24,000 nt of DNA from an uncultured Fidelibacterota bacterium. GTDB lineage: Bacteria; Fidelibacterota; Marinisomatia; Marinisomatales; UBA1611. This document shows, in pieces, positions 18,208 to 24,000 of this stretch. Location: assembly GCA_950068325.1 (NCBI GenBank), contig CATMHQ010000002.1, positions 21,142-45,141 on the forward strand, given 5' to 3'. The stretch's first letter is position 1. Every line of letters starts with the position of its first letter. The notes under the pieces are model-generated. The model was given only the letters and a program-made list of their open reading frames with translations. It did not search any database and was not told the DNA's origin. Position numbers and translations under genes: made by a program.

Positions 18208-18942
18208 ATGACAAATAATGATATCAAACGAATTCAGTCCCTTGAAATGGGGAAATTCCGAATGGAATATAACCAGTTCTTCATTGAAGGAAAACGGTTG
18301 GTACAATCAGTTTTGGGATTAAGTGCTAAAATTGATTCAGTCTATTTCACAGATCCGTTTCGGATTGAAAATATGGAAATGGTTGATTCAGTCCAGAATT
18401 CAGATATTTCGTTTGAGCAGATTCCCACAAAGCAATTCAGCAAAATTTCATTTACCCAATCACCTTCAGGGATTGGTGCTGTGTGCCGCCTTCCGGATCA
18501 GGGTAAGGCAGATCTGAATCAAAATAAATGGCTTTATCTAGATAAGGTCTCGGATCCTGGGAATATGGGAACCTTATTACGATCCGCGGCTTGGTTTAAC
18601 TTCACACAAGTGGCCCTTTCTCCCGATTGTGTGGATCCATTCAATCCAAAAGTTGTTCGCGCCGGTATGGGTGCCCATTTTGGGCTCTTTATCCATACCG
18701 ATATCAATTTAGACATATTTTCTGATTCACATACATTGGTCGGGGCAAACCATCGCGGCGATAGTTTGGATGATTTCACCACACCGGATCGATTTATATT
18801 GGTTCTCGGGAGCGAGGCTCATGGGCTTTCAGATGACATCCTGAGAATAATTGATCAAACGATTTCTATTGAAAAAACAGGTTTTGGGGAATCGCTCAAT
18901 GTGGGTGTTGCCGGTGCGATTTTGATGGAGAAGTTGGCTTAA
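18208..18942 (+). CDS. TrmH/SpoU family RNA 2'-O-methyltransferase
   Basis: 244 aa with an N-terminal substrate-binding-type segment (FFIEGKRLV). The SPOUT motifs are DKVSDPGNMGTLLRSAAWF, ILVLGSEAHGLS and LNVGVAGAILM. Confidence 0.85.
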   Translation: MTNNDIKRIQSLEMGKFRMEYNQFFIEGKRLVQSVLGLSAKIDSVYFTDPFRIENMEMVDSVQNSDISFEQIPTKQFSKISFTQSPSGIGAVCRLPDQGKADLNQNKWLYLDKVSDPGNMGTLLRSAAWFNFTQVALSPDCVDPFNPKVVRAGMGAHFGLFIHTDINLDIFSDSHTLVGANHRGDSLDDFTTPDRFILVLGSEAHGLSDDILRIIDQTISIEKTGFGESLNVGVAGAILMEKLA

Positions 18943-19053
18943 TTACAACAAATTGTCATTCCGCTCAAAAGAGGTTAATCGTTGAAGATGGGGAGATACG
19001 GAACCCCTGTTCGGCAGGCATTTGATTCAACTTTGAATATTTGACATTACTGG

Positions 19054-19138
19054 ATTCCGGATAATTTCTTAAGATCAGACGGAGACCAGATCATATATAC
19101 CAAAAAGAAATTTCCGGAATGACAGCATTTTTCTTTTT
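19054..19138 (+). terminator. Possible trmH-unit terminator: long AT-rich hairpin plus T-tract
   Basis: ATTCCGGATAATTTCTT (19054-19070) pairs with AAGAAATTTCCGGAAT (19105-19120), giving 16 bp with one bulge and a 34-nt loop. TTTTTCTTTTT follows at 19128-19138, 7 nt after the stem, which is a non-canonical spacing. Confidence 0.35.
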
Positions 19139-19172
19139 CCTTTGTGGTTCTTGATTCGCTTTGTGTTTAATA

Positions 19173-19211
19173 GATAAAATAAAAAGCGGGTGCATCATTC
19201 GATGAACCCGC
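19173..19211 (-). terminator. Canonical Rho-independent terminator on the minus strand with no annotated gene upstream of it
   Basis: The minus strand reads GCGGGU-U-CAUC-GAAU-GAUG-C-ACCCGC followed by UUUUUAUUUUAUC. Confidence 0.65.
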
Positions 19212-19375
19212 AATTTGTGCTGGTTTAAATCTTTTTATCATCAGTAAATAACGAAATAAAACCTAATTCTCACCTCGGTGAGATGCAATAGAAATTTACT
19301 TTCTAATGCTAAATAATTGTAGGGGTGTATTGAGAAATAAAATGGTTTCTCCCATTTAAAAGATAAGATATTAAG
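19173..19375 (-). ncRNA. Candidate unannotated small RNA (boundaries approximate)
   Basis: The orphan terminator is preceded on the same strand by three short hairpins: 19332-19351 (GAGAAA/TTTCTC), 19285-19309 (3+6 bp) and 19268-19283 (TCTCAC/GTGAGA). The conserved 38-nt motif lies just upstream at 19376-19413. There is no supported CDS on this strand. No Rfam family was recognised by eye. Confidence 0.3.
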
Positions 19376-19413
19376 ATATTTTTTTGTTTTTCTTTGTGAC
19401 ACTTAGCGGACTT
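19376..19413. repeat. Copy B of the 38-nt intergenic motif (ATATTTTTTTGTTTTTCTTTGTGACACTTAGCGGACTT)
   Basis: 31/38 identical to 13109-13146, ungapped and in the same orientation. Confidence 0.7.
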
Positions 19414-19530
19414 GCCTGTGCGTACATATGCAAGTACATGCGGGGTGGCAGATTAAAGAAAATCATCTTTTCGAAAATTGGGGTGAGAGCCGTAACTTTT
19501 ATGAAATGAATCTCCAGGAATCTGACCCTT

Positions 19531-20328
19531 ATGAACAACACGTTCAGTATTCGCGCCGCATTCGGCATTGTAGTAGTATCCATCCTTTCTGCATTTCTTG
19601 TAGGCGGGATGGTCTTAGGAATCGGTCTATCTAATCCTGATTCTCCCCAGAAATTCTACACATTCATTTCATTTATCGTCGGACAGGGATTCATGTTGGT
19701 TCCCCTGCTGTGGTTTCTCAAATCAAGAAATGAACCTATTTTCCAAAGGCTCCGGCTTAACCCTATCGCTTCACAAACAGTAGGCATGACAGCCTTATTA
19801 TCCATTGGACTTATCGTCCTTTCGGATGAATTGGACAGGATTGTGCAACTATTTATTCCGGCTCCCGAATATATTCTCGACCTTAATGGACTCCTGCGAC
19901 CGGAATCTTTTGCAGGATTTATTTTATTATTTTTTGCCGTCGCTGTGATTGCACCTCTGGGGGAAGAATTACTCTTTCGCGGATTTCTACAGCAATTCCT
20001 AGAAAAGCACTGGAAAGATGTGACCCGGGCCATTTTGGTTACGGCTCTTTTCTTTGCATTGATCCACATGAACCCCTACTGGTTTGTTCAGATTTATATA
20101 CTGGGTATCATGCTGGGGTTTTTATCATGGAAAACCGGTTCTGTACTTCCGCCACTCATTCTCCACGGAATGAATAATAGCTTTGCCATGATTTTCTCAT
20201 TTTCTGAGTATGGAGATGAAAATCTATATCTTTGGAGTGGGCATGTGGCCCCGTGGATCTTGATAATAGCAGTCGGATTTTTCGTATATGGATTTCGCAA
20301 TATTAACAGTCTGAAGGTGCGGTTATGA
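19531..20328 (+). CDS. CPBP family intramembrane glutamic endopeptidase (CAAX protease/Abi family)
   Basis: 265 aa and polytopic. Motif 1 is APLGEELLFRGFLQ (EExxxR), motif 2 is FFALIHMN (FxxxH), and motif 3 is ILHGMNNS (HxxxN). Confidence 0.85.
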   Translation: MNNTFSIRAAFGIVVVSILSAFLVGGMVLGIGLSNPDSPQKFYTFISFIVGQGFMLVPLLWFLKSRNEPIFQRLRLNPIASQTVGMTALLSIGLIVLSDELDRIVQLFIPAPEYILDLNGLLRPESFAGFILLFFAVAVIAPLGEELLFRGFLQQFLEKHWKDVTRAILVTALFFALIHMNPYWFVQIYILGIMLGFLSWKTGSVLPPLILHGMNNSFAMIFSFSEYGDENLYLWSGHVAPWILIIAVGFFVYGFRNINSLKVRL

Positions 20329-21695
20329 GAAAAGAAATGTTTGATCACGAGATAAAGATCCTCCGGGATACTTTTGGCCGCCTACTTCGCCGTCACGCCC
20401 ACACCAATCTTGCCAAACTCATCCTTAAAACTCACCCAGCTGATCTTTCGGTCGTCTTCCGGTATTTCATGGATGAAGAACAAATTCAGGTTTTCAGCAT
20501 CATGGAAGAAAATGAGCACACGGCTGAATTCCTGGTGGAACTGGATGATACGCTGCTTGCCAATCTCCTGGAAAATGAATCACCGGAACGAATCGCTCAT
20601 GTGATTCAACAGGCATCCGCCAATGACCAAAGTTATATTTTAGGGACTTTGGAAGATGAGCAGGCCCAGTCTGTTATTGAATTATTAAAAGCGGAAGAGC
20701 AGGAAGAGATCGAAGAACTCATGGGGTATCCGGAAGATTCTGCCGGCGCCATGATGACCACGGATGTGTTCACCCTGTACCAGGATACATCCTGCCAGGA
20801 CGCGCTAAAATCGCTTCAGGATCAGACCGAGGCGGAAATGGTCTTCTATCTTTATATCACAGATGATGATGACCGGCTTGTTGGGGTGGCATCCCTCCGG
20901 GCGCTTGCAACCACACGATCGAACACTTTATTAAAAGATATCATGGTGAAGCGGGTTCATTCTGTCCGTCCTGAAACAGATCAGGAAGATGTGGCTCAGA
21001 TCGTAGCTCAGTACAATTATCTCGCAGTCCCTGTATTAGATGCAGATGATCATTTGATTGGGATCGTCACTGTGGACGACGTTGTGGACGTGATCCGTGA
21101 AGAAGCCACAGAGGATTTCCTGCAAATGGCCGGTGCCGGTAAGGATCGTGAAATCCTGTTAAAATCCAGTTGGGAAAATGCCCGCGCCCGACTCCCTTGG
21201 CTTTTTGCAAGCTGGATCGGCGGTATTGTTGCAGCAACCATAATTGGAGCTTTCGAGCATATGCTTCAAAGCATTATTGCTTTAGCGGCTTTTATCCCCG
21301 TCATCATTGGAATGGGTGGAAATATTGGAACCCAATCTTCCACGATTATTGTTCGCGGGATGGCCACAGGCCGGATTGAGATCGGCAGCGAAATGAAAGT
21401 GCTGTTTAAGGAAATTCGTGTTGGATTGATTTTGGGTGGACTCTACGGTTTGATGCTCGGTCTCTTTGCAAAATTCCGGTTTATAGATGTAGATCCCATG
21501 CTGGGCGTTGTGGTGGGATTGAGCATTGGTTGTTCAATGCTGATGGCGGTTGCAGTAGGGACTTTTATTCCCATGTTTTTACGAAAGGTGGATATTGACC
21601 CGGCCATTGCAACGGGTCCATTTGTCACCACCAGCATTGATATCCTCGGTGTACTTTTCTATTTTGTGATTGCCGGATATTTCCTATCGATTTAA
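20325..21695 (+). CDS. mgtE: Magnesium transporter MgtE
   Basis: 456 aa with the MgtE N-domain, a tandem CBS pair (MTTDVFTL..., VLDADDHLIGIVTVDDVVDVI) and a C-terminal 5-TM domain (PVIIGMGGNIGTQSSTIIVRG, ATGPFVTTSIDILGVLFYF). There is a 4-nt overlap with the CPBP gene. Confidence 0.95.
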   Translation: MRKEMFDHEIKILRDTFGRLLRRHAHTNLAKLILKTHPADLSVVFRYFMDEEQIQVFSIMEENEHTAEFLVELDDTLLANLLENESPERIAHVIQQASANDQSYILGTLEDEQAQSVIELLKAEEQEEIEELMGYPEDSAGAMMTTDVFTLYQDTSCQDALKSLQDQTEAEMVFYLYITDDDDRLVGVASLRALATTRSNTLLKDIMVKRVHSVRPETDQEDVAQIVAQYNYLAVPVLDADDHLIGIVTVDDVVDVIREEATEDFLQMAGAGKDREILLKSSWENARARLPWLFASWIGGIVAATIIGAFEHMLQSIIALAAFIPVIIGMGGNIGTQSSTIIVRGMATGRIEIGSEMKVLFKEIRVGLILGGLYGLMLGLFAKFRFIDVDPMLGVVVGLSIGCSMLMAVAVGTFIPMFLRKVDIDPAIATGPFVTTSIDILGVLFYFVIAGYFLSI

Positions 21696-21698
21696 GCT

Positions 21699-22784
21699 AT
21701 GTCCTTCCTGCTCATTTTAAGCACAGGGCTATACCTGGCATTTATCCTGTATATTATTGCGGGGCTTTTTCGCCATAATGAGCAGCCCATAACCAGCACT
21801 GAAGAAACCCCTTTTGTATCGGTGGTCATTGCCGCCAGAAATGAAGAACAGAATCTCCCCAATTTGATCCAGGACCTGGTGAACCAGGAATATCCATTGG
21901 ATAAATTAGAAGTGATCATTGTGGATGACAGATCCACCGATTCTACGTCCACGATCCTGACAGAGGCTACCGAGAATTTTGCCTTCATTAAACAGATTCG
22001 AGTTGATGATAGATCCGTGGATATGACACCCAAGAAACACGCCCTAAATTTGGGAATCAATGCATCCAAGGGTGAAGTAATCGTTTCCACAGATGCGGAT
22101 TGCCGCGTAGGGAAACTCTGGGTATCCAGTATGGCCTATAGTGTCGTTCAGCAAGGAGGTATTTCGGTTGGATATTCAAAGATAGCAGGCGAATCATTTT
22201 TTGAACAAGTCCAAAGAGTGGATTTTCTTGGTATCATTGCAGCCAATGCCGGGGTGGGCGGCTGGGGGCAATTCTGGTCAGGAAGCGGTCAGAACTTGGC
22301 CTATAAAAAATCAGATTTTGAAGCCATTGATGGATTCGAATGGGTGAAAGACAAACCGTCCGGCGATGATATGTATCTCGTTCAATCCATTTCAAAATTA
22401 AAGAGCGGTGTTATCAATATTGATCCTAATTCATTTGTAACAACCAGTGCGGTGCAATCCCTCCGGGAATTTATGAATCAGCGCACCCGGTGGTCTTCGA
22501 ACTCAAGAGTCAATGTCAGGCAAAACCATCTTTTCTTTGCGTTCCTATTTTCTGCGTTCTTATGCAATACAACCATCCTTTTGTCTTTTCTGTTTGGGAA
22601 TGCATGGCTTTTTGCATTTTCAATGAAATTCATTTTAGAAGGATGTGTGATCTTTTTAGGGGGGAAACTTTTTGACACAAAAGTGAATCCCCTGGTTTAC
22701 TTTGCGTGGGCTTTAGCCCAACCTGTGTACATCCCTGTAGTTGGACTCATGGGACTTCAAAATCGATTTACATGGAAAACATGA
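21699..22784 (+). CDS. Integral-membrane family 2 glycosyltransferase with processive-synthase-type QxxRW motif
   Basis: 361 aa with an N-terminal TM. The GT-A motifs are VSVVIAARNEE, IIVDDRSTDST and STDADC (DxD), plus GDDMYL and QRTRWSSN (Q-x-x-R-W). Three to four C-terminal TM segments follow. It starts 3 nt after the mgtE stop. Confidence 0.85.
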   Translation: MSFLLILSTGLYLAFILYIIAGLFRHNEQPITSTEETPFVSVVIAARNEEQNLPNLIQDLVNQEYPLDKLEVIIVDDRSTDSTSTILTEATENFAFIKQIRVDDRSVDMTPKKHALNLGINASKGEVIVSTDADCRVGKLWVSSMAYSVVQQGGISVGYSKIAGESFFEQVQRVDFLGIIAANAGVGGWGQFWSGSGQNLAYKKSDFEAIDGFEWVKDKPSGDDMYLVQSISKLKSGVINIDPNSFVTTSAVQSLREFMNQRTRWSSNSRVNVRQNHLFFAFLFSAFLCNTTILLSFLFGNAWLFAFSMKFILEGCVIFLGGKLFDTKVNPLVYFAWALAQPVYIPVVGLMGLQNRFTWKT

Positions 22785-23470
22785 ATAGGATCTTTGTTCT
22801 TTTTATCATGCTCGGTATTTCTGCTGGGCAGTCCTATTCCATCACAATCTTTGGAATCCCTGCCGCAGATGTGGTACAAACCATACATGATTCCGGGAAG
22901 ATCGAATTCACAACACAAAACCGGGGCATTTTCGATCTGTTGTGGCCCGCAAAGAATTCCTATGAAGCAATTTATGATTCAAATTCATTTGCGTTAAAAA
23001 ATTGGAGTAAAAATGTAAAACAGGGTGAATTCAAACAACATATTTCTGCTAAAGTGGACTTTCTTGGTTATCTTGCTTATGATGACAAATCCCTGATTGA
23101 AATTCCCCATAATATATATACGATTTTCACTCTCTTGGCCATGGTACAATCCAGACCCTATGATAAACTGGATACAAAATGGTTTAATTATGAGCAGGAA
23201 GGATTGATTGGCAAAGCCCGGTTTGTATGGGCTGATACATCCAATGCGTGGAACGGAAAAGATTCCATCCTATGCGACCATTACCGGCTGGATATAAACA
23301 TCACAGACAAATCAGATAAATTTCTGGATCGCACAGATTATTTCATGGAAGAGATCCTTGCGGATGGTGTGGTAAGAGAATTATGGGTCTCCCGAAAAAA
23401 ACCGAAAAGAATCATACGCGCGTCTCTAAAAACAGCATGGTTCCCCGTATCAGCCATTTTCAATGAATAG
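22781..23470 (+). CDS. Secreted hypothetical protein, possibly DUF3108-like beta-rich protein
   Basis: The signal peptide is MNRIFVLFIMLGISAGQS. ATG 22781 forms an ATGA overlap with the GT2 stop. ATG 22772 is an alternative, and the track start at 22706 would overlap 26 GT2 codons. The alternating beta-strand-like pattern and the DUF3108 resemblance are judged by eye only. Confidence 0.55.
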   Translation: MNRIFVLFIMLGISAGQSYSITIFGIPAADVVQTIHDSGKIEFTTQNRGIFDLLWPAKNSYEAIYDSNSFALKNWSKNVKQGEFKQHISAKVDFLGYLAYDDKSLIEIPHNIYTIFTLLAMVQSRPYDKLDTKWFNYEQEGLIGKARFVWADTSNAWNGKDSILCDHYRLDINITDKSDKFLDRTDYFMEEILADGVVRELWVSRKKPKRIIRASLKTAWFPVSAIFNE

Positions 23471-23512
23471 CAGACCCTTTCATCATTTTCAATTATATTT
23501 AGACACATTTCA

Positions 23513-23959
23513 ATGGTACATCTTATGAAAAAACTACTTCTTCTAATTCGTTTTACACCCTTAGCGTTATTATGTGTTATGCTCAATGCGCAGGATGGGA
23601 GCAGTGAGATCATTGGCATATGGGAATTTCAAACGATGACAAGCGTCTATTACTCTGAGCCGAAAGAGATTACCACAACAGACCTTGATAAAAATCATCG
23701 TGAAACATTGACTTTCCGTGCAGATGGATCATTCAGTTACCGCGGGGTTTATGATGGCGTAGAAGATGCATCTGTTGGTGCCTGGAAAATAACAAAAGTT
23801 AAATTGACCATGGATGTCAGAGGTGGAAAAACGATTTGCAATTATGAAGTGAATGGTAAAATCCTGACCCTGACCTTCAATGAAAAAGAATCCGATGAAT
23901 TTTATGGAATGAATTCTGTGCTAAAGTATAAAAATAGGCTTATTGGCTCCAAGTTCTAA
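23513..23959 (+). CDS. Small secreted lipocalin-like domain protein
   Basis: The signal peptide is (MVHL)MKKLLLLIRFTPLALLCVMLNAQ. After it, the GIWEFQ start and short alternating strands (TLTFRADGSFSY, GAWKITKVKLTM, YEVNGKILTLTF) are typical of bacterial lipocalin-like/YceI-size domains. ATG 23525 is an alternative start. Confidence 0.55.
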   Translation: MVHLMKKLLLLIRFTPLALLCVMLNAQDGSSEIIGIWEFQTMTSVYYSEPKEITTTDLDKNHRETLTFRADGSFSYRGVYDGVEDASVGAWKITKVKLTMDVRGGKTICNYEVNGKILTLTFNEKESDEFYGMNSVLKYKNRLIGSKF

Positions 23960-24000
23960 AAAAAGAAAAAATCATCTCAATAAATAAAATTTCAATTTTT

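Noticed and set aside
19531-20328. CPBP/'Abi' protein as an abortive-infection defence gene
   Set aside because: The Abi name is historical. The gene sits in a housekeeping-looking operon with mgtE, and no defence-island context (nucleases, methylases, mobile elements) is visible.
22706-22780. Track start at 22706 for the secreted protein
   Set aside because: It would overlap 26 codons of the GT2 gene. The ATG at 22781 (ATGA coupling) yields a standard signal peptide right at the N-terminus.

Overview
This is a densely coded chromosomal window with about 24 CDS. It is AT-leaning and has many 4-nt ATGA stop/start overlaps. An archaeal-type ProRS and the weak or absent SD sites are compatible with an FCB-group-like or candidate-phylum bacterium, but taxonomy cannot be fixed from sequence alone. 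The housekeeping backbone is eno-ftsB, motAB, a rhomboid protease, recO, proS, a TrmH/SpoU methyltransferase and mgtE. Three modules look accessory. (1) The left end carries a minus-strand envelope-polysaccharide operon: FemAB-like GNAT, Wzx-type flippase, GT4, a GT-B glycosyltransferase, and a GT9 heptosyltransferase-like gene that runs off the window and is missing from the ORF track. (2) Two translationally coupled Fe(II)/2-oxoglutarate dioxygenases lie divergent from an APC/LAT-type permease, which is followed by a lipoprotein amidohydrolase. (3) A plus-strand operon encodes a CPBP protease, MgtE, an integral-membrane GT2 with a QxxRW motif, and two secreted small proteins. I recognised no rRNA, tRNA, CRISPR array, transposase, integrase or known defence system. 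The least explained signals are non-coding. The 588-bp trmH/CPBP spacer holds facing terminators and stacked hairpins, which implies an unannotated minus-strand sRNA. A 38-nt motif is shared (31/38 identical) between that spacer and the proS upstream region. A 53-nt GC-rich near-perfect palindrome with a G8 run sits between proS and recO. Among proteins, a 283-aa unknown with a His...Cys permuted-papain-like motif pair, coupled to the rhomboid gene, is the best uncharacterised candidate. All family calls rest on motifs read by eye; no searches were run.
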